Position numbers and translations under genes: made by a program | Notes under the pieces: model-generated | What the model was told of the DNA's origin: nothing | What the model saw: only the letters and a program-made list of their open reading frames with translations | Databases searched by the model: none | From: the human T2T-CHM13v2.0 reference genome, Homo sapiens | Assembly (NCBI RefSeq): GCF_009914755.1 | Contig: NC_060929.1 | Length of the DNA: 64,000 nucleotides | Direction: 5' to 3' (one strand) | Shown: positions 1-14,767 of the stretch, one piece after another | Position numbering within the stretch: the first letter of the stretch is position 1 | How the letters are laid out: each line of letters starts with the position of its first letter

Positions 1-2497
<2,497 letters not shown>

Positions 2498-2593
2498 AGT
2501 GCATTCAAGAAGAGGTGGGGGTGCATATTATCACTGAGCATTTTGGGGAGTGGCAAATAAGTGTAAAATGGCTCTATTATTAGTTCAGTCTAG

Positions 2594-2686
2594 AGAGAAG
2601 AAGTACTAACTACAACCCCAGAGGAGAAGAAATACTAACCAGCAACCCTGGAAGGAAGAACTACTAACCAGCAACTCTAGAGGAAA
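2594..2686. repeat. Short tandem repeat, ~30-bp unit, about 3 copies
   Basis: Recurring GAAGAA(G/A/C)TACTAAC..CAAC..(A/G)GA. Confidence 0.75.
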
Positions 2687-2814
2687 GGGTGGCAGGCAGA
2701 GCAGCTTAGACTCAGACACTCCTACTCAGCAGAACCCACTCTCCTCTGTCTTGTGCATTGTGCCTCTGATGTTAGTATTTGGCTGAGAACCATCCAAATG
2801 GTTCCAACCAACCC

Positions 2815-3171
2815 TCTCGTGCCATGATGGACTCATCTCATGCCATGATGGAGCCATCTGATTCCATGGTGGAGTCATATCATTCCATGATGGAGCCATC
2901 TTATGCTATAATGGAGTCATCTCATGTCATGATAGAGCCATCTCATGCCATGAAGGAGTCATCTCATGCCATGAAGGAGTCATCTCATGCCATGATGGAG
3001 CCATCTCATGGCATGATGGAGTCATGTCATGCCATGACGGAGTCATCTCATGCCATGAAGGAGTCATCTCATGCCATGTTGGAGTCCTGTCATGCCATGA
3101 TGGAGCCGTCTCACTCCATGATGAAGCCATCTCACGCCATGTTGGAGTCACCTCACACCATGATGGAGTCA
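2815..3171. repeat. Minisatellite, 21-bp unit TCTCATGCCATGATGGAGTCA, 17 copies
   Basis: 17 indel-free units, translating as SHAMMES-like heptads in ORF 2779-3249. Confidence 0.95.
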
Positions 3172-3636
3172 TCCATCATGGATGGAAACCCACATGGAAA
3201 ACACGAAGGCACTTCCCTCATTACTTCTGCCTCAGGTGACCAGAAGTAGAGAGCCATTTGCCATTTGAAAATAGGACTACTCCATCTTTAACTTCCCCAA
3301 CTGTCATGCCAGAATTTCCACCTCCAGGTGCCCTGATTCAGAAAATGTTCTTTAACCTGACATTTGCTGGATGCTTGTCAATACGCTTCTTTCTTGGGAG
3401 ATTAAGGGGTGGGAGCCCTCAGAGTGCTGAGAAGGAGACACCCAGCTGCGGGTGAAGCCACATCTGTAGATGAAGCACTGGGGAGACTAGCAACTCATTG
3501 TAACTTATCAGAGAAAAAGTGAAAAGCTGAAAAAAAAAAAAAAGAGAGCAACAACATTTGGGAGAACGAAAGATCTGAAATATACAGAAAACTTACTTGA
3601 TTTTCTGTTCAAGTAAGTACTCTCAGGGGAGCTTAG

Positions 3637-4160
<524 letters not shown>

Positions 4161-4899
4161 AATGACAGGTTTGGTGTGCTATTGGACATCTATCTTCTCT
4201 TAAAAGAAAAAAGAAAAGAAGAACAACAGCAACATCAAAAAAAGAAAACTTAGCTATGGGGAAATTTAAGTTTACAATAATATAGCCTTAAAATCAATAT
4301 AGTACCTTGGATCTGACTTCCATTTTTAACAGCTTAACTTAAGTACTTTTAAGGGCAGGGATATGAATTGGAGTTTGTTGACCTCAAAGGTCTCAGGACA
4401 AAATTTAGTTTTCCCTGACTTTATGGTTTCAGAGTTGATATTTTTAAAGTGGACTGAGAAGTATTGAGAATGTCAGCTTCCCAAGTTACACCTTTCCTTC
4501 ATATGCTCCTCCATGTTACAGTTTATGAGACTGTGTTCTCAGAAAACACTTGGAAATGAAAATAATTGCCTTGTTCTAGAAGATAATATTTCAGAAGTGA
4601 AGACACAGTATTTTTAGTCAGTGGATAAAAGGGAAAATATAGTATTCTTTCTTCTTAGGGTGGTGTTACTGATAGCTCATTTGGGAATATCACATATAAT
4701 TATTCAAGCTCACCTAAAATTAATAGATACAATACAAAAGGAATGACTTGAAGGTGGGCCTGCTGGATATTTACCAATATCATTCTGAACATTTTTAAGG
4801 ATACTTTAAGGCATTTTAGCTTCTGTATGTCAAAGATGTCTTTGAAAATAGTTTTTTATGGTGGACCCATACCTTATCATAGTAGAGGCAGAAATCCCT

Positions 4900-5600
4900 G
4901 TTAGGGATTAGTACAGTCATTTCAAAAAGGGAGGATAAAGGATTGGATAAGGGTTGTAGTATCTTAGAAGGTTGTCTCAGAATTGAGATATATTTTGAGA
5001 GTCCAATTTTCTAGTGAACCGTATGAGGAAGGTGAGGGAAAGAGTGAAGACAAAGATGAATCCTGCATTTCTAGTCTAGGAGATTGGGTAAATTATGGTA
5101 CTAATTCCTGAGAGGAGGGGATTGTATGGGGGAGAATTTAAAAATCCTGTTTTGTACATGACATGTTTGAGACTCCTGAGATCTCCAGGTAGAAATATTA
5201 GGGAAACATTTGGATGCTCAGGGGAGATGTTAGAGATGGATGCACAAACACAGGAATTATCAGCTTTTGGAGGATTTGAAGTCATGCATCTGGATGCAAT
5301 CACACAGACAGAAGGAGAGACTGTGGATAGAGAAGGGATATCTCCACACTGGAACCTCCATTGTGTAGACTCTGGAAAGATGGAGAGGATCCACAAAGGA
5401 GGCAAAATCAGTGAGGTAGGAGGGGTCCTAGAAGACAAGAGGAGAAAGCCTCTCAAGAGAGTCAAATTCTACAGTCAAGAAGAATTGAGCACTGACATTA
5501 AAATGGGCCAGAGCAGTTTGTAGCAACCCAAGGGGGCAATGGAGAGAGGTAAAGCCTGGTTGGAGGGGCTCAAAAAGAGAATAGGAAGTATCTACAGACC
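4900..5600 (-). mobile_element. LINE-2 fragment (further degraded pieces to ~8560)
   Basis: Purine-rich antisense L2 motifs (TTTTGTACATG..TGTTTGAG, GCTCAGGGGAGATG). Confidence 0.6.
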
Positions 5601-5699
5601 TTTGCTCCTCAAGGCGTGGTCCTTGGTGGAGAACCATTGGCATCACCTGAGAGCTCATTAAACTTGTTAAGTATTCAGAATCTCTCTCTCTCTCTCTAT

Positions 5700-5730
<31 letters not shown>

Positions 5731-5955
5731 TTTTAGAGATGGGGTTTCACTGTGTTGCCCAGGCTGGAGTGCAGTGGCTATTCAAGGGCACAATCATAGC
5801 ACACTACAACCCCAAGCTCCTGGGCTCCAGAGATCCTCCTGCCTCAGCCTCTCAAGTAGCTGAGAGTATGGGAATGCTGGAGACTTACTGAATCAGAGCC
5901 TGAATTTCAGAAAAGTGTCTAGATTATTTGTATGCACTTTCAAGAAGTGTTGGTC
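5600..5955. mobile_element. MER5-family hAT MITE interrupted by a FAM
   Basis: GTGGTCC..GCATCACCTGAGAGCT..CAGAATCTC | AGACTTACTGAATCAGA..TTTGTATGCAC. Confidence 0.65.
5697..5872 (-). mobile_element. FAM (fossil Alu monomer) with (TATT)n tail
   Basis: Retains the 7SL-derived segment GCAGTGGCTATTCAAGGGCACAATCATAGCACACTACA, which dimeric Alu arms lack. Confidence 0.8.
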
Positions 5956-6120
5956 AGCAACTCTATTGAGGAGTTTTGCTGCATACATGAGTAGAGAGAA
6001 ACAAGGCCATCCTCCATGATAGCAAAGGGAGATGTTGGGTAAAGGATTATTTTTTAAAGTAGGACCTAATACAATGCATATTCATGCTGATTGGGATGAT
6101 CTCTTAAAGAAGGAAACATT

Positions 6121-6565
6121 TTTTATGGCTACATAGTATTCCATGGTATACCATGGTGGGTACCTAGGTTGATTCTAGATCTTAGCTATTGTGAATAGCA
6201 CAGTGGTGAACAAATGAGAACATGTGTCTTTTTGGCATAAGGATCTGTTTTCCTTTGGAATAAAATAATGTCCTTTGTAGCAACATGGATAGAGCCAAAG
6301 GCCTTAATTCTAAGCAAATTAATACAGAAACATAAAACCAAACATTGCATGTTCTCACTTATAAGTGGGAGCTGAACATTAAGCAGACATGGACATAAAT
6401 ATGGGAACAATCGACACTGCAATCTACTACAGTGGGGACGGAGGAAGGGGGTATGGGTTGACAAACTGCCTATTGGGTACTATGCTTACTACCCAGATGC
6501 AATATACCTATGTAACACACCTGCACATGTATCCCCTGTATCTGAAATAAAAATTGAAATTAAAA
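6121..6565 (+). mobile_element. 5'-truncated, 5'-inverted L1 (L1PA15-17-like 3' end)
   Basis: Antisense ORF2-end segment at 6121-~6260, followed by a sense 3' end and A-tail. Degenerate TSD at 6106-6120 and 6566-6580. Confidence 0.85.
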
Positions 6566-7224
6566 AAAGATGGAAATATTTAATGACAATAGAAAAAATT
6601 AGGTAATAGCAAAAGCAGTGACCTAAAGGGGGCAAACAGACAAGGAATCCTGGATACAAGTGGAGGGATGGGCCCAAATAGAAATAGGAGGGAAGACAGA
6701 ACACATGGCCTCATTGCAGGGAGAGTTGGTTCATTTGTGATGGAAGATAGAGTCACTCTCATTTTTCCCCTGTTTTCTCAGTGAAATAGAAAACAGATTC
6801 ATTAAATGAGAATAAGCAAGGAAGTTGGTATTTAGAGGTTATAGAAAAATCAGGATATTTGAACCAGCTTCTCTAGGAACATAAACACAATTTGCAAAAG
6901 AAATGTAGTAGAATTATTGGACAGTGTTAAGGATCTACTTAAGATTCATGGTCATAGATTAAAAATAAAGATCACTGAGCATAATTACATATTTTTATGA
7001 ATCCATATGAAGCTATCCAGGTGCAGTCACAAAGTGGGAAGAGAATTGGATTTAACCAACATTGGGGCTTTGCCACGCAAATATGGAAGTAGTGAGTAAG
7101 GAGGGACTGTGGAATCTAAGTAATGGGAGGAAGAGATTTAAAAAAAGTTGGCCCCAGAAAAAGGTCAGGACAAAGGCTTGAAGCACCTAGTGCAGCCAGA
7201 GACTGTTGGGATTAAGGTGCAGGG

Positions 7225-7413
7225 TAGGATTCCTAGATTTAACCAATAATACAGGAATCCCGGTTACGTTTTAATTTTAGAATAAAAATGAATGTTTTGG
7301 TATAAGCATGCCTCAAGTGTTTTATGGACATGCTTAATCTTAAAAAAATTATCTGAAATTGTTTATCTGAACTTCAAATTTAACTGGGCATCTTGTGTTT
7401 TATCTGGCCACCC
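7225..7413. mobile_element. MER53 palindromic hAT MITE
   Basis: TTTATCTGAACTTCAAATTTAACTGGGCATCTTGTGTTTTATCTGGCCACCC matches the MER53 arm; central AAGCATG...CATGCTT dyad. Confidence 0.8.
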
Positions 7414-7505
7414 ATCCCAGGAGAAAGTGAGCTGTGAAGTTTAGAGGCCACTGTCTGAGAATTGAGGACTTTAGGGTGACATATAGGCAGTGTTCCAATT
7501 GCTGG

Positions 7506-8052
7506 TGTATTAGTTAGGGTTCTCTAGAGGGACAGAAGTAATGGGATAGATGTGTATATTAAGGGAAGTTTATTAAGGAGTATTGACTCACATGATCACA
7601 AGGTGAAGTCCCACAATAGGTCATATGCAAGCTGAGGAGCAAGAAAGACAGTCAAAATCCCAAAACCTCAAAAGTATGGAAGCCAACAGAGCAGCCTTCA
7701 GTCTGTGGCTGAAGGCCCCAAGAGCCCCTGGCAGATCACTGTTGTAAGTTCAAGAGTCCAAAAGCTGAAGAACTTGGAGTCTGATGTTAGAGGGCAAGAA
7801 GCATCCAGCACGGGAAAGCTGAAGACCGGAAGACTCAGCAAGTCTGGTCTTCCATCTTCTCCTGACTGCTTTATTCTAGCTGCACTGGCAGCTGATTAGA
7901 TTGTGCCCACTCAGATGGAGGATGAGTCTGCCTCTCGCAGTCCACTGACTCAAATGTTAATCTCCTTTGGCAAAACCCTTCCACACACACTCAGAAACAA
8001 TACTTTGCATCTTTCAATTCAATCAAGTTGACACTCAATATTAACCATCACT
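7506..8052 (-). mobile_element. MLT2A solo LTR (HERV-L)
   Basis: TGTATTAGTTAGGGTTCTCTAGAGGGACAGAA...AAGTTGACACTCAATATTAACCATCAC; 5-bp TSD GCTGG at 7501-7505 and 8053-8057. Confidence 0.9.
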
Positions 8053-8578
8053 GCTGGCAATGGGAGGTCTAGGAATGACCATGAGCATGAGGGGAATGGC
8101 TTCAGAGGGCTGGAAGGAGTGACCAAGGAGGTAAAAATTCAAGGCTGTGAAGGGATCATCTTCTTCTTGACAGATACTAAATTTGTGAAGAAAGAGAACG
8201 AGAATAGTGATGAAGAGGGTGAGCCAGTGAGTCATGTGCCGAAATCCCCAGCAAATGGTGGGAAAAGACTGGATGTATTGTATACAGCTGCCACATGGAA
8301 AGGCAGCCTCCAAGGAGAGGTGGCCAATGACACTCTGATGGCACCCATGTTAATGGAACCTGGGTTTTTAAGAGAGAAGGACAAAGAAGACATAGCTACC
8401 TGGATGCAATGAGGAACAAGGAGGATACCTTCCTCCCATCCAGATGTATGTGGGATTGGGAAAGAGAAAATGAGGGCTCCGTTTGAGAGGCTGGCAGGAG
8501 AAGCAGGGTCCTGAAGTAAAGATAGGTTTCAGTTAATCGTGGCGTTGAACTTGAGAGAAGCCTTTAAAAGTACAGATG

Positions 8579-9046
<468 letters not shown>

Positions 9047-9364
9047 TCAGCTGAAGTAAATGGGGATGATGCAAGGCTGGGGGCTGCTGCCAGTGGTCCG
9101 TTAGTCACACATAGGTAATCTGTTTTTTTATGGGTTGATCTCTCAGGTGGTTTGTGGTGTGAGTTCTGGGAGGAATGACATCCTGTTGGAAGAGGGGGAC
9201 AGGGGCATAAAGGCAGTGAGCAGAGAAGTTTACCAAGAACATGTGGTGCTCTGGACACCCCCACTACTGTGGGCAAAGCCCAGGGGAAGGTGCAGGTTGA
9301 ATTCTGGGAATCCTAGATGCCATGCTTAAAGCCCTCATTGCATTGCCTATTAAATTCCAACCTA

Positions 9365-9532
9365 GACCAGGTGCAGTGGCTCACACACCTGTAATCCCAA
9401 CACTTTGGGAGGCCAAGGCGGGAGGATTTGTTGAGCCTAGGAATTTGAGGCTGCAGTGAGCTATAATTGCACCACTGTACTTCAGACTGAGTGACAGAAC
9501 AAGATCCTATGTCAAAAATAAATAAATAAATA
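9365..9532 (+). mobile_element. Monomeric Alu (FRAM-like or arm-recombined AluJ)
   Basis: Single ~145-bp arm plus (TAAA)n tail, flanked by TCCAACCTAG repeats. Confidence 0.8.
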
Positions 9533-9664
9533 AATCCAACCTAGATTTCAATGGAAAGGATGATTATGAGTTATAAATGAAAAAAGAGTTACTTATTATT
9601 TATTCTTTAGAGGTGGAAGTTACAAATAATCGAATTTTTATAATATACTTTTTGCCATAGACTT

Positions 9665-9820
9665 TTGTTTCTCTTTTTCCTTCCCTTCCTTCCTTCCTTC
9701 CTCCCTTCCTTTTCTTCCTTCCTTCCTTTCTTCCTTCCTTTCTTCCTTTCTTCCTTCCTTCCTTTCTTCCTTCCTTCCTTTCTTCCTTCCTTCCTTCTTC
9801 CTGTCCTTCCTTCCTTCCTT
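9665..9820. repeat. (TTCC/TTTC)n polypyrimidine tract
   Basis: Direct reading. Confidence 0.95.
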
Positions 9821-10303
9821 ACCTTATATTGTGTCTTGTCAGTAGACAATGGTCAGGGCTTGTGTTCTAAGCAAGTCCAACTGCATTTTTCCCAATGTCA
9901 TTAGACAGTGGTGCTCAGGAGCAGCTCAGGTCCAAATAATCACTTCTGGCTCCTCGGTTGTAATTAAACCAAAGCATTTAGGATTCAACAACTATAACAC
10001 ATACATAACTACCTAGAGACCGAAATCCTCCATGTTCTTACCCTGATGTAGCACCAAGCTCAAGTTTTGGATATTGGTACATGACAAGAACAAGATATCT
10101 GTAACCCTCGGCGAGTGGTGTGCTATATGTATCTAATTTTGGTAATGACAGTTTTTCTCCTGGTCCACTGAGTCCCTTGCACAGAGATAACTGGAAATGT
10201 CATGTGATCTAAGGGGCTGCAGGGTGGCTCGCAGCCTTCAGTGCCTTTCTCTAACAACCAACTATAGGACCAGAGGTTCTCACCATTGAAATTCATGCTA
10301 TGG

Positions 10304-10577
10304 ATAAAATGAATAATATTTTGGAATAGATGTGCCCCAAGGGTTGTATGGACACAGTCTTTAAAAAGTATCTGAAATTATTTATATAAAATTCAAATTT
10401 AACTGGGCATCTTGTGTTTAATTTGACCATCCACCCCAAGAGAATGTGAGCTGTGAAGTTTGGAAACCACTGTCTGAGAATTGAGGGGTTTAGGATGAGG
10501 TATGGGCTGTGTTCCAATCACTGGCAATGGTAGTTCTAGGACTGACCATGGGTATGAGGGGAGTGGCTTCAGAGGGC
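10304..10577 (+). repeat. Diverged local duplicate of 7281-7505 + 8058-8110 (partial MER53 plus flank)
   Basis: Shared blocks TTCAAATTTAACTGGGCATCTTGTGTTT, GTGAGCTGTGAAGTTT, CCACTGTCTGAGAATTGAGG and TGGCTTCAGAGGGC. Confidence 0.9.
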
Positions 10578-10599
10578 CACTGCAATGGGCCATAGGAGC

Positions 10600-10712
10600 C
10601 ATTTCCTTTCATTCTATAGATGAGGAAATGGAAGTGACAGGTGGTTCAGGTACCGCAAGTCACACAGCTACTGAGTGGCAGGTAATTCAACCCAGGTCTC
10701 TCTGGTCCAAAC
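10600..10712 (-). mobile_element. MIR fragment
   Basis: TATAGATGAGGAAATGGA..AAGTCACACAGCTA..TTCAACCCAGGTCT core. Confidence 0.75.
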
Positions 10713-10784
10713 CAAACATAAAAATGTGTTGAAATGCCTGCGGCTCCTCACTAGCCTCTCCAGCCAAGGTCTCCAGGCTGTGTG

Positions 10785-11319
10785 CAGACCCAGCCCATCC
10801 AGCTCACCTCCATGTGTGCAGACCCAGCTCACCCCTCTGTCCAGACCCAGCTCACCCCTGTGGGCCCAGACCCAGCTCACCCTTGTGGACCCAGACCCAG
10901 TTCACACTTGTGGGTTCAGAACCAGCTCACCCTCATAGGCCCAGACCTAGCTCACCCCTGTGGGTTCAGACCTAGCTCACCCCTGTGGGCCCAGACACAG
11001 CTCACCCCTGTGGGCCCAGACCCAGCTCACACCTGTGGTTTCAGAACCAGCTCACCCTCGTAGGCCCAGACCCAGCTCACCCCTGTGGATTCAAACCCAT
11101 TTCACCCCTGTGGGTTCAGATCCAGCTCACCCCTGTGGATTCAGACCCAGTTCACCCCCGTGGGTTCAGACCCAATTCACCCCCGTGGGTTCAGACCCAG
11201 TTCACCCCCGTGGGTTCAGACCCAGCTCACCCCCGTGGGTTCAAACCCAGCTCACCCTTGTGGGCCCAGACTCAGCTCACCGCTGTGTGTGCAGATCCAG
11301 CTCACCCCCATGGGCCCAG
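10785..11319. repeat. Minisatellite/VNTR, 25-bp unit CAGACCCAGCTCACCCCTGTGGGTT, ~20-21 copies
   Basis: Units in exact 25-bp phase from 10842 to 11316. Confidence 0.96.
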
Positions 11320-13399
11320 GAGGTACTGATTCCTTCATATTCAGTCTCAGAGTTGACTCCCATCCCATTGATTGAGAGAGAGGGACCAGCCCACCACAAG
11401 CAGTCAGACTTTGATCCTCTATAGCCCTCTGAAGTGGGGGTCTTCCTGTGGGTACCCCCAATCCAGGGCTCCTGAGCAGCCTTCCCACAGACCCACAGGC
11501 CCTTCAGTCTGAGAGGTGGAGGTCCCATAAGACACCCGCAAAAACCCTCCCACCTAGTCATTCTGACCAGAGGGCAGAGGAAGCATGCTTTTTAGAGGAA
11601 AACAGAGAGATTTATAGAAGTGAAGGCCTGAATGGCAGTAGACAGGAAAGGAGAATGGAAAACAAAACATCCAGAGCCCGGTTCCTCTCCCAGCCTGATT
11701 TCAGATTGATTGCCTTATTAAAGGGCCCATGTCCAGGTAAGCAGCCTCGGTCTAGCCCCTGCTGGCACCTGTCCCCGCTCCACTGAGCACGCCCATGTCT
11801 GCCAGTGGCTGACAAATCCCAGAGGAGCCCCCTCAGCTTCCTGTTCCAGATGAGATTTCTGGAACTCGGTGTCCTTTCCTTTCTCTGACAAACATGAAGT
11901 TATTTGATCTTCACTCACTGCATGAGACTGCTATTTCTTAGACAAAATAAATCACTTTAAATTGGCTTTGACCAGTAAGCTGGAACCAAGCAGTGTTTTC
12001 TTCTCCTTTGCCCCCACTTTTGGAGCCTAAATGTACTATAATTAAGGCCATTATCAGCCACTTGAGTTGGGGATGGGGGAATACATTTAACAGGCGGTGG
12101 AGACTGAAGTGGCTGAAATTTCAGTTACTCCGCCAGCAGACAAAGCTTTGGACATTATCACCATTTTCAAAACATTTTCACTAACAGTTTCCTCTTGAAT
12201 ATAGAAGGCAGGTTTTTTTTTTTTCAGGGTCATATACCTGGTTTTTGTTGATTTTAGAAGTTATGAATACAGACAGTTTCTAAAATTGGCCCTTATGTGA
12301 TTGTACTCAATTTTACAGGGAGACTGTCTAGAATAGTAGGCAGTTTGTATTTTTATAATAGAATTTATGGTTAAGACTGAGTAGGTGGACTTGACCTTTG
12401 ATCACCAGGTATATGCTCATCATCTTTGCCATTATCCAGCTTTGGATAATGTTTAAATAAGGCTGGGTGAGGCAGGGTTAATTAATACTGCTCAGTGCTC
12501 TCTGTGTGCCAGGAATTATGGAGATTCAGAGACCTGATCCATGGTGTTCAGGAATCACAAGACAGAAAACACAGACAGAAAGGACTGGAGCACAGAGGCA
12601 ACCACAGGGCCTGCCAGATCTTGTAGGAGTCTGGGGAACAACTTCCCTTAGCAGTACTGATGTCACATGTTCAGTATAATCAAGACCAGAAAATGTTTCT
12701 TTCCTCTTCAAGAATAGATCCAAGGTTTTATATTTTGAAATGTAATCTTTTTCAATCTTAGTACTCCAGCATTCTGATTTCATCAGATAATCAAACGGGA
12801 AAATTGTTTAATCCATAGATAATACACTTCCCTGGCAGATTTTTTGAGTGGCTATTTCATAAAGTGAGCCATGCATTAAAAAGGGCAACTCAGGGGCCAT
12901 CCACATTTGATTTTTGACACAGGGACATAGATTTCCAGTAAATCTAGAAAACACACCATTGTCACAGAGCTGGGCCTTGAATATTCATACCAGGAGGGTG
13001 CATCGACACGCACACCATCATTCTGCACGGCGGTGAGGGTGATAATGAATGAGTTGCCTGTGTCTATGTGTGACTTATCCTCCATTACACTACAGAACTG
13101 GATTAAAAATTGTACCCATCTTTGTGATACCTGCAGTGCCAGTTATAATGAGGGCATAATGCAATCGGAATAGGCAAGTTTGACACACAGAATCTTCCAC
13201 TTCTGCTTTTATGTGACCATACAGTTCCATTTTCTATGTATGCCTCCTTCACACAGATTGATCATTCCAGCAGACAGTGCCTGGGAAAACCCTTGTGGAG
13301 AATGGGGGCTCAGGCTGCCTTCAGGTTGTCCCTCTGCAACTTCCACTGTCCAGGGAAACTAGCTTCATATTGGCCACCTGCTGCCTTGAAAACACACAT

Positions 13400-13552
13400 G
13401 TGTCCGTGACCCCTGCCTCAAATGAGCACGTGTCCACACCTGCTGCCTCCAATGAACATGGTGGTTCACACCTGCTGCCTCCAATGAACATGGGTGTCCA
13501 CACTTCCTGCCTCCAATGAACATGGGTGTCCACACTTCCTGCCTCCAATGAA
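13400..13552. repeat. Minisatellite, ~32-bp unit GTGTCCACACTTCCTGCCTCCAATGAACATGG, ~5 copies
   Basis: Direct reading. Confidence 0.92.
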
Positions 13553-13707
13553 GACTCATGTTCAGCATCTTTTGCCTCTAAGGACCACCCATCTTCCTGT
13601 TTTTCCTCTTGAATAACCAAAGCTGGGTTGCTTTCCTCCACTTGCCATATATTGAGATATTTGACCAAGCCCTCTGCTCCTCTTAATGACAATAGTAGGA
13701 AAAGCAC

Positions 13708-13862
13708 AACTTTGATACTTGGATCTGGTTTTCATCCTTATCCACCAGTTACCTGCTATATTATCATGAACATATATTTATTCATTTTGTAAAACGGGGG
13801 TAATAATACTTACAACGTTATTATAAGAATTAAAGTGGATAAAGTGTGAAAAGTGCACAGTT
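13708..13862 (+). mobile_element. MIR fragment
   Basis: TTCATTTTGTAAAACGGGGGTAATAATACTTAC..AAGAATTAAA. Confidence 0.7.
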
Positions 13863-13927
13863 ACACCCAGGCTTCCGCATATGTAGTCTCCTTCCCCCAT
13901 TTTCTATCACTTTATCCAATTAACACT

Positions 13928-14377
13928 TGTGTGAGTCCCTAGAGCTACTGTAACAAATTACCACAAACTTGGTGGCATAAAGCAAGAGAAATTTGTTCTC
14001 TCATATTCTAGAGGCTAAAAGTCCAAAGTGAAATGTCAGCAGGGCCATGCTCTCTCTGACAGGTATGGGGGAGAATGCTTCCCTGCCTCTTCCTAGCTCC
14101 TGGTGTTGCAGCAATCCTGTTTTCCCTGACTTGTGGCTGCAACTCTCCAGCCTCTACCTCTGTCTTCACATCACCTCTTCCTTATGTATGTCTGTGTGTG
14201 TTTTTTCCCTTCTTAGAAGGACACCATTCATGGGATTTAAGACCCAGTCTGAGCAGTGTGACCTCATCGTAACGTAACTGATTACATCTACAAAGACCCA
14301 ATTTCCAAATAAGGTCACATTCTGAGATTCCAGGCTGATATGAATTTTGGTGGGACACTATTTAATCCACTCTAACA
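13928..14377 (-). mobile_element. MLT1C-like MaLR solo LTR
   Basis: CTGTAACAAATTACCACAAACTTGGTGGC...ATTTCCAAATAAGGTCACATTCTGAG. Confidence 0.85.
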
Positions 14378-14767
14378 CCCTAAGTTGCTATAACATTTTT
14401 GGAAGGACATGGGGTTATTCCTGCTTAAAATCCCCAGATAGTCTCAATGCATTTAAAGCCTACAAACACCTACTAAAATATTTGTTTTTTCTTCTTAAGA
14501 AATATAAAACTTAGCATTTTCATCATTATTAAAGTGTTAATGACCTACTGCTGTGACTTTAATAGTACAAAATATTCTTTCACACCTCTCTGCAGGCCAC
14601 CTGGCTTGCTGGACAGGTTTCTACTTAGTGCGAATGTCATTATCAGGTTCAGATCCTTGGGGAGGTTTCGAGACAACTCAAATCCTGGGATCTGTGATAC
14701 GCTACCATCACTTTCAAAAGATACCTTGTTTTCAAACTGTTTTTGGAACAAATCTTAAGAATCAAAT

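Noticed and set aside
6141-6156. Perfect 16-bp palindrome CCATGGTATACCATGG
   Set aside because: Lies at a deletion within the inverted L1 block; there is no evidence of function.
9607-9904. GRKE-repeat and FLPS-repeat ORFs
   Set aside because: By-products of the (TTCC)n microsatellite.
10668-11561. Overlapping ORFs in all frames
   Set aside because: The 25-bp unit has few stops and cycles through frames; not evidence of coding.
10785-13552. Regular arrays as CRISPR-like loci
   Set aside because: Head-to-tail tandem units with no unique spacers and no cas genes, in human DNA.
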